From: Gracilinanus agilis
Taxonomy: Eukaryota
Direction of reading: 5' to 3'
NCBI RefSeq assembly: GCF_016433145.1
Contig: NC_058136.1
Location: forward strand, 70,953,779-71,017,778
Length of the DNA stretch: 64,000 nucleotides
The notes beneath the pieces were generated by a model. The model was given only the letters and a program-made list of their open reading frames with translations. It did no database searches and had not been told where the DNA came from. The position numbers were made by a program, and so were the translations under genes. This document shows, in pieces, positions 47,695 through 59,293 of the stretch; position 1 is the first letter of the stretch; the number at the start of each line of letters is the position of its first letter.

Positions 47695-50600
47695 TGTACT
47701 TCTGTGTGTTTCTTCGGGTCTGTGTCTGTGCACGTCTGTACATGCGTGTGTGTATTTGTGTATAAATCTGTTTTGGGTGCCTGTGTCTATGTGTATTTGT
47801 GCGTGTCTATTTGCATGGATCTATGTGTCTCTTTATGTGTCTGTCTATGTGTTTGTATATGTGTGTGTATTTGTGCATGTATGTATTTGTGTGTCTGTGG
47901 TTTTATGTGTGTATCTGTGGGTCTGTGTATTTGTGTATGTATCTGTGTGTCTATGTGTTGTTTGTGTCTGGATATGTATATTTGTGCATGTCTGTATTTG
48001 TGTGTATCTCTGTTTCTTTATGTGTGTGTATCTGTGTGCCCATATTTTGGTGTGTCTGTGTGTGTGTATCTGTGTGTGTCTGTGTTGTGTGTGTCTGTGT
48101 ATTTGTACATGTCTGTATTTGTGTGTATCTGTGGTTTTATGTGTATCTGTGTCCACATGTCTGTATGTGTGTCTGTCTTGTCGTGTGTCTGTGTGTCTAT
48201 GTGGTTTTATGTGTGTGTATCTGTGTGTCTATGTGTGTATGTGCCTGTGTTTGTGTAAGCATATCTTATGTGTCTATGTGTTGTGTGTGTGTCTATGTGT
48301 ATTTGTGCATGTATGTGTATTTGTGTGTATTTCTGTGTTTATGTGTTTCTTTGTGTCTATGTGGTTTTATGTGTGTGTATCTGTGTGTCTTGTTTGTCTA
48401 TGTGTTGTGTATGTCTATGTGTATTTGTGCGTGTCTGTGTGTCTGCGTTTCTTTATGTGTCTGTAGGTCTATGTGGGTTTATGTGTGAATCTGTGTGTCT
48501 GTGTGCTCATATATCTGTATTTGTGTCTATGTGTGTTGTGCGTGTTTGTGCATGTGTATCTGTGTGTCTATGTGTGTCCATATGTCTGTGTGTCTGTTTG
48601 TGTATGCATATCTTATGTGTCTGTGTTGTGTGTGTCTATGTGTTTCTATATGTATTTGTGCATGTCTGTGTATCTGTGTGTCCATGTGTATCTTTATGTG
48701 TCTATGTGGTTTTATGTGTGTGTATCTGTGTGTCTTTGTGTGTCCGTATGCCTGTGTGTCAATGTGTATCTTGTTTGTATATGTGTTGTGTGTGTCTATG
48801 TGTATCTATGTGTATTTGTGCATGTCTGTGTGTCTGTAGGTCTATGTGGTTTTATGTGTGTATCTGTGTGTGTCTTTGTGTGTTGTGTGTTGTGCATGTG
48901 TATCTGTAAGTCTGTCTATGTGTTGTGTGTGTCTGTGTGTTTGGCTATGTGTATTTGTGTGTGTCTGTGTTTCTTTATGTGTCTGTGTGTCTATGTGGTT
49001 TTATGTGTGTGTATCTGTGGGTCTGTGTATCTGTGTATGTATCTGTGTGTGTCTATGTGTTGTGTGTCTGTCTAGGAATGTGTATTTGTGCATGTCTGTA
49101 TTTGCGTGTATCTGTGTCTGTGTTTCTTTATGTGTCTGTGTGTCTATGTGGTTTTATGTGTGTATCTGTGGGTCTGTGTATTTGTGTATATATCTGTGTG
49201 TGTCTCTAAGTGTATGTGTATGTGTATTTGTGCATGTCTGTATTTGTGTGTATCTGTATGTCTGTGTGTTTATGTGTCTGTGTGTCTTTGTGGTTTTATG
49301 TGTGTATCTGTGGGTCTGTGTATTTGTATATGTATCTGTGTGTCTATGTGTGTCCATGTGTCTATGTGTTTGTGTGTGTTTGTGTGTCTGTGTTGTGTGT
49401 CTCTGTCTGTGTATTGGTGCGTGTCTGTATTTGTGTGTATCTGTGTGTGTCTGTGGTTTTATTTGCGTGTATCTTTGTGTTCGTATTTCTGTGTGTCTGT
49501 GTGTTCTTGTGTTGTGTGTGTCTCTGTGGTTTTATGTGTGTATTGGTGGGTCTGTGTGTCCGTATTTCTGTGTGTCTATGTGTGTTTGTGTGTGCATGTG
49601 TATCTGTGTGTCCATGTGTTGTGTGTCTCTTTTTGTATGTGTATTTGTGTGTATCTGTGTGTTTCTTTATATGTCTCTGTGTCTATGTGGTTTAATGTGT
49701 GTGTATCTGTGTGTGTCTGTCCGTATTTCTGTATGTCTATGTGTGTTTGTGTGTGTCTGTGTATTTGTGCATGTCTGTGTATGTGTATTTGTGTGCATGT
49801 CTGTGTGTTTATGTGTCTGTGTATCTATGTGTGTTTGTGTCTGTGTTGTGTGTGTGTCTGTGTATTTGTATGTGTCTGTATTTGTGTGTATCTCTGTGTT
49901 TATGTGTCTGTGTGTCTATGTGGTTTTATGTGTGTGTATCGGTGGGTCTGTGTATCTGTGTGTGTCTATGTGTTGTGTGTATTTGTATTTGTGCATGTCT
50001 GTATTTGTGTGTATCTGTGTCTGTGTGTTTATGTGTGCATATCTGTGTCCGTATGTCTGTATGTGTGTCTGTCTGTGGTGTGTATATGTGTATTTGTGCG
50101 TATCTGTGTGTCTATGTGTCTATGTGGTTTTATTTGTGTGTATCTGTGTGTCTGTGTATATCCGTATGCCTGTGTGTCTATGTGTATCTTGTTTGTCTAT
50201 GTGTTGTGTGTCTATGTGTGTTTGTGCGTGTCTGTGTTTCTTTATGTCTCTGTGTGTCTATGTGGTTTTATGTGTGTATCGGTGTGTCTATGTGTGTCCA
50301 CATGTCTGTGTGTCCATACGTGTGTGTCTGTGTTTGTGTATGCATGTCTTATGTGTCTGTCTATGTGTTGTGTGTCTGTGTATTTGCGTGTGTCTGTTTG
50401 TCTATGTGGTTTCATGTGTGTGTATTTGTGAGTCTGTGTATTTGTGTATGTATCTTTCTGTGTCTATGTGTGTCCGTGTGTGTGTCTAAGTATTGTTTGT
50501 ATATATACGTGTATGTGTATTTGTGTGTATCTGTGTGTTTCTTTATGTGTCTTTGTGTCTATGTGGTTTTTTGTGTGTAGCTGTGGGTCTGTGTATTTGT

Positions 50601-53600
50601 GTATATATCTGAGTGTGTCTATGTGTTTCTGTGTGTATGTGTTGTGTGTGTCTCTCTGTGTATGTGTATGTGTATTTGTGCATGTCTGTATTTGTGTGTA
50701 TCGGTGTGTGTCTGTGTGTTTCTTTATGTGTCTGTGTCTATGTGGTTTTATGTGTGTATCTGTGTGTGTCTATGTATCCGTATTTCTATGTGTCTGTATC
50801 TGTGTATTTGTGTGTCTGTATCTGTGTGTATCTCTGTGTGTGTTTATTTACGTGTCTGTGTATTTGTGTGTGTATCTGTGTGTCTATGTAGTTTTATGTG
50901 TATGTATATGTGTGTCTATGTGTTGTGTGTGTATTTGTGCATGTCTGTATTTGTGTGTATCTGTGTTTGTGTGTTTCTTTATGTGTCTGTGTATCTGGTT
51001 TATGTGAGTGTCTGTGTGTCCATATTTCTGTGTCTGTGTTTGCGTGTGTATGTGTATCTGTGTGTTTCCTTATGTGTCTGTGTGTCTATGTGGTTTTATG
51101 TATGTATCTGTGTGTCTGTGTATTTGTGTATATATCTGTGTGTATCTGTGTTTGTATGTATGTGTATTTGTGTGTGTCTGTGTTTGTGTGTATCTGTGTG
51201 TGTTTCTTTATGTGTCTGTGTGTCTGTGGTTTTAGGTGTGTGTATCTCTGTGTGTCTATGTGTTCCCACATGTCTGTATGTATGTCTATGTATTGTGTGT
51301 GTTTGTGAATGTGTATCTGTGTGTCTGTCTGTGTTGTGTGTGTCTGTGTGTTTGGCTGTATGTATTTGTGCGTGTTTGTATTTGTATGTGTCTGTGTTTC
51401 TTTATGTGTCTGTCTATGTGGTTTTACATGTGTGTATCTGTGTGTCTATGTGTGTGTTTGTGTGTGCATATCTTATGTGTCTGTCTATGTGTTGTGTGTA
51501 TGTGTGTCTATGTGTATTTGTGCATGTCTGTGTATCTATGTGTTTATGTGTCTGTGTGGTTGTGTCTGTGTGTCTGTGTGTCTATGCGTGTCCACATTTC
51601 TGTATGTGTGTCTATATGTCTGTGTATTTGTGTTTGTGTGTGCTTATCTTATGTGTCTATGTGTTGTGTGTCTATGTGTATTTGTGCATGTCTGTGTATT
51701 TGCTTGTATCTGTGTGTCTCTTTATGTGTCTGTGTCTCTATGTGGTTTTATGTGTGTGTATCTGTGGGTCTGTGTATTTGTGTATGTATCTCTCTGTGTC
51801 TAAGTGTGTCCATATGTGTGTATGTGTATTTGTGCATGGCTGTTTTGTGTGTGTATCTGTGTTTCTTTATGTGTCTGTGTGTCTTTGTGGTTTTATGTGT
51901 GTATCTCTGGGTCTGTGTATTTGTGTATGTATCTGTGTGTCTATGTGTTGTGTGTGTCTGGGAATGTGTATTTGTGCATGTCTGTATTTGCGTGTATCTG
52001 TGTCTGTGTGTTTCTTTGTGTCTGTGGGTNNNNNNNNNNNNNNNNNNNNNNNNNNNNNNNNNNNNNNNNNNNNNNNNNNNNNNNNNNNNNNNNNNNNNNN
52101 NNNNNNNNNNNNNNNNNNNNNNNNNNNNNNNNNNNNNNNNNNNNNNNNNNNNNNNNNNNNNNNNNNNNNNNNNNNNGCATGTCTTTTTGTGTGTATCTGT
52201 GTGTGTCTGTGTGTCTATGTGGTTTTATGTGTGTATCTCTGGGTCTGTATATTTGTGCATATATCTGAGTGTGTCTGTGTGTCTGTGTATTTGTGCATGT
52301 CTGTATTTGTGTGTGTCTGTGTTTCTTTATGTGTCTGTGTGTCTATATGGTTTTATGTGTGTATTTGTGGGTCGGTGTATTTGTGTATGTATCTGTGTGT
52401 GTCTATGTGTGTCCGTGTGTTTGTGTGTGTGTCTGTGTCTGTGTATTTGTGCGTGTCTATTTGTGTGTATCTGTGTGTGTGTTTCTTTATGTGTCTGTGT
52501 GTCTATGTGGATTTATGTGTGTATCTGTGGGTCTGTGTATATATCTGTGTGTGTCTATGTGTGTCCGTGTGTTTGTGTGTGTCTGAGTGTTTGTGTGTGT
52601 GTCTGTGTCTGTGTATTTGTGTGTGTCTATATTTGTGTGTGTTTCTTTATGTGTCTGTGTGTCTGTGTGGTTTTATGTGTGTGTATCGGTGGGTCTGTGT
52701 ATCTGTGTATGTATCTGTGTGTGTCTATGTGTTGTGTGTATGCGTTATTTGTGCATGTCTGTATTTGTGGGTATCTGTGTCTGTATCTGTGTCCATATGT
52801 CTATGTGTGTTGTGTGTGTATGTGTATCTTGTGTGTCTGTCTGTGTTGTGTGTGTCTGTGTATTTGTGCGTGTCAGTATTTGTGTGTATCTGTGTGTGTC
52901 TGTTTCTTTATGTGTCTGTGTGTCTATGTGGTTTTATGTGTGTGTGTCTGTGTGTCTCTGTATGTCTGTATGTGTATCTGTGTGTGTTGTGTGTGTTTGG
53001 CTATGTGTATCTGTGTGTCTATATGTTTCTTTATGTGTCAGTGTGTCTATGTGATTTTATGTGTGTGTTTCAGTGGGTCTGTGTATTTGTGTACGTATCT
53101 GTGTGTGTCTATGTGTGTCCGTATGTCTGTATGTGTGTCTATGTGGTTTTATGTGTGTGTCTGTGTATGCATATCTTATGTGTCTGACTGTGTTGTGTGT
53201 CTATGTGTGTCTATGTGTATTTGTGCATGTCTGTGTATTTTGTGTATGTGTGTTTATGTGTGTGTATCTGTGTCTATGTGTGTCCATATGTCTGTGTCTG
53301 TGTGTCTATGTGTATTTGTGTGTGTCCCTATATCTGTGTGTCTGTGTGTTTCTTTATGTGTCAGTGTGTCTATGTGATTTTATGTGTGTATATCTGTGTG
53401 TCTATGTGTGTCCGTATGTCTATATGTGTTTGTGTATGTGCATCTGTGTGTCTGTGTTTGTGTATTTGTGTGTTTCTTTATGTGTCTGTGTGTCTTTGTG
53501 GTTTTATGTGTGTTTCTGTGTGTCTGTGTGTGTCCGTATGTCTCAGTGTGTTTCTGTGTGTATCTGTATGTGTCTGTGTGTCTACGTGTTTTGTGTTTGT

Positions 53601-54495
53601 GTATTTGTGTCTCTGTTTATGTCTGTGTGTTTGTGTGTGTATGTCTATGTTTTTTCTATTTGTTGGTATATCTATGTGTGTCTATATGTGTCTATATGTC
53701 TATGTGTATTTGTGTGTATCTCTGTGTTTATGTCTTTGTGTGTGTCTATGTGCATGTGTGTATGTCTGTGTGTGTCTATATGGTTTTGTGTGTATCTGTG
53801 GGTCTGTGTGTTTGTGTGTGTCTATGTGTTTGTATGTGCACATGTGTTTGTGTGTATATCTCTGTGTTTGTGTCTATGTGTGTGTTTGTGTGTTTCTTTG
53901 TGTCTCTGTGTTTACGTGCATGTGTGTATGTTTGTGTCTGTTTTGTGTGTGTCTATGTAGTTTTGTGTGTATTTGTGTATCTATGTATTTGTGTGTATAT
54001 GTGCTTGTGTATGTCTATGTGTGTTTGTGTGTCTGTGTGTGTTTGTATGTATTTGTGTCTGTCTGTGTGTGTTTGTGTGTATCTATGTGTTTGTATATGT
54101 GTGTGTCTTTGTGTGTGTCAATGTGTCTGTGTGTATGTCTGTGTCTACGTGTGTTTGTGTGTATGTCTGTGTCTACGTGTGTTTGTGTGTATGTCTGTGT
54201 ATTTGTGTCTATGTTCATGTGTGTGCCTATTTTTTGTGTGTCTATGTATCTGTGGGTCTGTGTTTGTGTGTATATCTGTGTCTGTGTGTTTGTGTCTGTG
54301 TCTATGCGTGTTTATATGTATCTTTGTATGTGCTTGTGTGTCTGTGTGTTTCTGTGTATCTGTGTATTTTTGTGTGTCTTTGTATGTGTGTTGGTGTGTT
54401 TGTGTGTCCGTGTGTCTATTGCGGGTGTCTGTGTTTTGTGTCTGTGTGTTTCTGTGTGTCGGTGTCTGTGTCTGTCTGTCTGTCTGCCTATCTGT
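47695..54495. repeat. ~6.8 kb TG-rich complex tandem array with ~140-155 bp higher-order unit
   Basis: Built from TGTG, TATCTG, TATTTGTG, CATGTCTG and TTTCTTTATG modules. The landmark GTGGTTTTATG recurs roughly 30 times by eye, e.g. near 48706, 48845, 48995, 49149, 49290, 49454. Confidence 0.95.
52030..52176. other. Assembly gap (147 N) inside the TG-rich array
   Basis: Run of N. Confidence 0.95.
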
Positions 54496-54959
54496 CGTGC
54501 TCTGGGCTTGTCTCTTGGAGCCCATGGCCTTGTGGGTAGGTTTCTGGCTTCTGGGCATGTTCATAGTCACCTCCTTGCACCCATCCCACCCTCCCACCCT
54601 TCCCAGTGAAAGGAAACTCCCTGATGGGGAGGTTTATTGAGCTAACCTAACTGCCTCAGGGTAGACCATCCATCCATCCATCCATGCATGCATGCATGCA
54701 GCCATGTGTACAAATGTAGGCGGGGGGCTGAGGGCCCGCCTACACACTGGGGTTTGACTGCCAAAGGGGGGGGGAAGGGATGTCCTCCCCCATTGCCCTC
54801 CCCTCTCCCCTGTACCCCCTGCTCCCGGGCTTGCCGCCGTCCAAGGGAAAATAATCTGCGAGTGTCCTGGCATGTGGTCTGGGCCCTTCGGTATACACCT
54901 GGGGAATCTTGGGTCGAGCAAGGGGAAGCGATGGGCCAATGCGAGTCCCCTCACTCCCA

Positions 54960-55460
54960 TTAATGAATCCATCAATCAGCAAGCATTTATTAAGCCCCTA
55001 CTATGTGCCAGGCACCGAAGATACAGGGAAAAAGGGAGGCCGGTCGTGGCCCTCAAAGAACTTGCCATCTCCCCTAAGAAGTAGATCTGGGATCTCTGCA
55101 GAATAAATACACAGAACTAAGTGGGGAGAATCAGGAAAGTCTCCTGGAAGAGGCGGCCCCGGAGGGAGCTAGGGATTCCCGGAGACGGAGCATTCCAGGC
55201 CTAGACTATTAAGCAACCTAATGGATGCCTTTGGAGTGTCAGGAGGAGGGATGGAGAGCCAGACCGGGAGGACCTTGAAAGGCTAAACAGAGGAGTCTCG
55301 TTACCCTTGAGGCACCGGGGCACTACTGAGGCTTCTCGGGAGCAGGGGCATGACACGGGCACACCTGGCCTTTAGGAATGGCAGGCCGTGCTGGGTGGGA
55401 GATGTTGGCTTGGGCACGGAGCTGGATCTCTGGGCTTTCTGGAGTCCAGGAAGACCGGTC
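54960..55460 (-). mobile_element. L2 3' remnant within or near the AVPR2 3' UTR
   Basis: atcaatcagcaagcatttattaagcc-ctactatgtgccaggcac is the reverse complement of the L2 3' terminus. Confidence 0.6.
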
Positions 55461-55486
55461 ACTGCCCCCACGGTCTTCCGGGGACC

Positions 55487-57973
55487 TCAGGACGACGTGT
55501 CCTTGGTGAGAGAGGAGCTGGCGGTTATGCAGGAGTCGTCGGGGGCACCGAGGCTGGCCAAAGGAGGTGGCCGGGAGCAGCAGAGGAGGCTTCGGAGCTC
55601 AGAGGACACGCTGCTGCTGAAGGTGGCGTAGATCCAAGGGTTGGTGAAGCTGTTGAGGCTGGCCAGAAGCATGAGCAGCACAAAGGGTGGCCCTGAGAAG
55701 AAGGCAGAAGCCAGAAGGGAGGTGAGCAGCAGACAAGAGGAGCACTCGTTGGGGGAGACAGAAGGTGCCCGCGGGACGGTGGAGAAATGGCAGAGCTATG
55801 GGAACCACAGGCTAGGGGGCAGAACGGGGTGGAGGTGTAGGAGAAGGGACAGAGAGGGGCCGCAGGGGTCTGGGCTGGCAGAGTAGGGGGCTCTTCCCTC
55901 TCCCTGCCAAGTGGACCAAGGGGGAGGCAAGGCTGAGGACCAGGATGGGGGCCGAGGGGGTGTCTGCGTGTGCCTCTGAGTGTGTGCGGTAAGGTGTCGG
56001 TGGGCAGAAATGACACAGCCCTCTGGGCACCAGACGTGTGGTGGTCCGAACGTACCCTGAAACTTACCTTCCCGGGGTGCCTGGGGGTCCCACACTGACC
56101 ACAGCTGCACCAGGAAGAAGGGTGCCCAACACAGTACGTACACAATCACTATCACCAAGGTCATTCTCACTGTCTTGGCCATGGCTGCGGAGACTCGGGC
56201 ACCCTCGCCAGGCCCCACGCCACTGGCCCTCGGGGACAGGCTGGCATGGATCTCCCGGAAGATGAGCACCTGGCAGGCAGCAATGCCTGCGGCTGGTGCC
56301 ACAAACACCATTAGAGCAATCCAAGTAACATAGGCCCGGAGCCCCCAGGGCTCGATAAAGAGGGCCCAGCAGTCGAGGGTGCCAGTGTCATCCTCTACCT
56401 CTTGTTGGCTGAAGATGAAGAGTTGGGGCAGGCTGAAGATCAACGAGAGGGCCCACGCCACCAGGATGGGCCTGTTCCAGTGGGCCCCACCATGGCGGAA
56501 TGCCAACATGGGGCGGCAGATGGCTCGATGGCGGTCCAGGGTCATGGCCAGGATCATGTAGGAGGAAGCGTACATGCCCACCATCTGCAGATACTTGACG
56601 GCTCGGCATAGAAAGTCGGGACCCTGGAAACGGTCCGTGATGTCCCAGGCCAGCTGTGGGAGCACCTGGAACAGGGCCACGGCCAAATCGGCCAGACACA
56701 GGTGGCCGATGAAGACGTGCATAGGGGCCCATCGGCCTCTCTGGCCCCTGCGGGCCAAGGCCCCCAGCACCAGTATATTGCTCAGTGTTATGCACACAAA
56801 CATGGCTGCCAGCAGTGCCACCTCAGCCTGGGCCAACCATGGGTTCCTTGAATCGCCATTGCTGGTGTTGCCAGGGAGACTGCCATTGGAGAGGGACCCA
56901 GGGGCTGCTGGGAAATGGAGAGAGGCAGGGAGAAATGAGGGCCCTGGATAAAAGGGAGGGGGGGCGTGGATCTTGTTCTAATTAGAGCCCACCTTGAGTC
57001 CATTGGAAAAAGGCCGAGCAGGGACACGAATTTAGAGGGTGGGGTGGCCTTGAGGGCCAGCTCTTTCTTCCCTCCCCTGTTCTCATTCCCAGTAGCGGCT
57101 TCCAGTGACCTGAGCTGGAACTTTCAGAGAATGCTGCTCCTCTCATTAGGGAACCGTGGGAGGTGGAGAGCTAGGGATTTGACTCATCGGACTCAGTTTC
57201 CTACTCCGTAAAATGAGCCGGAGAAGGCATGGCAAAGCTTTCTGGTCTCTGCCAGGAAAATCCCAAATGGGGTCACAACAACAGCATTCGTAGGCTCGTG
57301 GGACCCCACACCAAAGAGCCAGAAGGCAGCTTGGAGACCATCGCGTCCAGCCTTCTCGCTTTTTAGAGGAGGAAACTGAGGTCCAGGCAGGGGAAGGATT
57401 TTGCCCAAGGCCATACACGTAGGATCCAAGTCAAATCTCATTTTACATAGGTAGAAACTGAGGCCCATAAGGGGAAGTGATTGCCCAAAGCCGCATGGGT
57501 AGGAAGTAGCAGAGACCGAACTGGAACCCAAGTCCAAATCCACTTTGTTCCGTACAGCCCACGTTAGCCTCTATTCCTACCCGCTTCAGATACGCCTCGT
57601 GAGCGTTCCTCATCTCTGTTCTATCTGGGCAGACAGGCAAGAGGCAGGGTTCTGCCATTGGTCATTGGGTGGGATCCCCCCAAGACAGAGTGTGGGGTGG
57701 CCATGGGCCCCCACCACATTCCAGCTCCCAGGAAGCAGCTGGGGAGAATGGAATCTAGGTAGGACAAGGTATGCTGAGACTCGGGAAAGCAAGGGATGGG
57801 TGTGTTGGGTGGGGAAGTGGTGTGGCCCTGCTCTCTGTGACTCCCTCCCCGCCCCCTGCCGCCAGGCCCCTCCGGCCTTCTCTCTTCATTCCCCTTCTCT
57901 CTTTGCCCTCGCCCCCTTGAGCACGCCAAGCAGGCGGTGGAGCCTTACCTGACGCTGTAGAAGTTTTCAGCAT
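55487..57973 (-). CDS. AVPR2: Vasopressin V2 receptor, complete, 3 exons, 356 aa
   Basis: Exon 1 57973-57949 (25 nt, MLKTSTAS, donor GTAAGG), exon 2 56907-56068 (840 nt), exon 3 55692-55487 (206 nt). Motifs [42 protein letters not shown], palmitoylation CC and C-terminal KDTSS. Confidence 0.97.
57170..57545. mobile_element. MAR1-like and MIR-like SINE remnants in AVPR2 intron 1
   Basis: ctcagtttcct...gaaggcatggcaaa...aaaatcccaaatggggtcac; gaggaaactgagg repeated twice. Confidence 0.6.
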
Positions 57974-58480
57974 GCTGGCCGCAGAGGGGACCCCGGTGCC
58001 TGGCCCCTCTCCTCCACTTCGGGGGCCTGGAAGGGAGAGAGCTGAATTCAGTCCGAACCCAGATCCCCTCGGCGGCAGTCTGTGCCACCCAACCCAGGGT
58101 GGGTGGCCCTTGGCTCTGAGGGCTGCTGGGAGCTGCCCCAGGCTGAGAAGGGGAGGATGCCCGAGGCTCCCAGATGTCCCCTCTGTCCTCACCAGGGCTC
58201 CAGCAAGGTGGGAGCAGCTCTGACTGAGAGAGGAGGACCTCTAGGTGCGCGGGCACGGATATTTGGGAAATTTGGGAGGGGCCGAGGGGCCCGAGAAGGG
58301 CTCAGGAGGTGACGAAGGGAATGGAGATGCCTCTGTTCCCTCCTTAACACAGTCTCTGCTGGTTCAGTGGTGGCCAGAGACCTCCCTTCCCTTTCCTGCC
58401 CTTCCTTCCTCCCCCCTTCCCTCCCCTTCCCATCTCAGCCCAATCTGGCCCAGGGCTGGGATTGCAGAGCCAACAGAGAG

Positions 58481-58482
<2 letters not shown>

Positions 58483-58530
<48 letters not shown>
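58483..58530. repeat. (GT)n microsatellite upstream of AVPR2, runs into a gap
   Basis: Direct. Confidence 0.95.
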
Positions 58531-59030
58531 NNNNNNNNNNNNNNNNNNNNNNNNNNNNNNNNNNNNNNNNNNNNNNNNNNNNNNNNNNNNNNNNNNNNNN
58601 NNNNNNNNNNNNNNNNNNNNNNNNNNNNNNNNNNNNNNNNNNNNNNNNNNNNNNNNNNNNNNNNNNNNNNNNNNNNNNNNNNNNNNNNNNNNNNNNNNNN
58701 NNNNNNNNNNNNNNNNNNNNNNNNNNNNNNNNNNNNNNNNNNNNNNNNNNNNNNNNNNNNNNNNNNNNNNNNNNNNNNNNNNNNNNNNNNNNNNNNNNNN
58801 NNNNNNNNNNNNNNNNNNNNNNNNNNNNNNNNNNNNNNNNNNNNNNNNNNNNNNNNNNNNNNNNNNNNNNNNNNNNNNNNNNNNNNNNNNNNNNNNNNNN
58901 NNNNNNNNNNNNNNNNNNNNNNNNNNNNNNNNNNNNNNNNNNNNNNNNNNNNNNNNNNNNNNNNNNNNNNNNNNNNNNNNNNNNNNNNNNNNNNNNNNNN
59001 NNNNNNNNNNNNNNNNNNNNNNNNNNNNNN
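58531..59030. other. Assembly gap (500 N)
   Basis: Exactly 500 N following a (GT)n run. Confidence 0.95.
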
Positions 59031-59262
59031 CAGGCCAGATCCAGAGGCTCCGAAGAGCAGCCCCCAAAGGAGAGGCCTTCCCTGGGGAGATGAGCCAAAG
59101 GCAGCCACTGAGGCCCCGGGGACCTGCGTTTCTCACCTGGTTCAGCAGCTCCTGCTCAGCCAGTCTCTCTCTGCTGGCTTTCCATCACCCCATCCAGGCT
59201 GGGGCCCAGCTCCGCCCTCCACAGGCCCCCCTGGGAGCAAGGAGGGAGGGACCTGGGACCTG

Positions 59263-59293
<31 letters not shown>

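Noticed and set aside
47398-54640. Very long Cys/Val/Met/Tyr-rich ORFs (up to 862 aa) over the TG array
   Set aside because: They appear in all three + frames at once and follow from TG-rich composition lacking stop codons; one also runs through an N gap. No evidence of a real protein.
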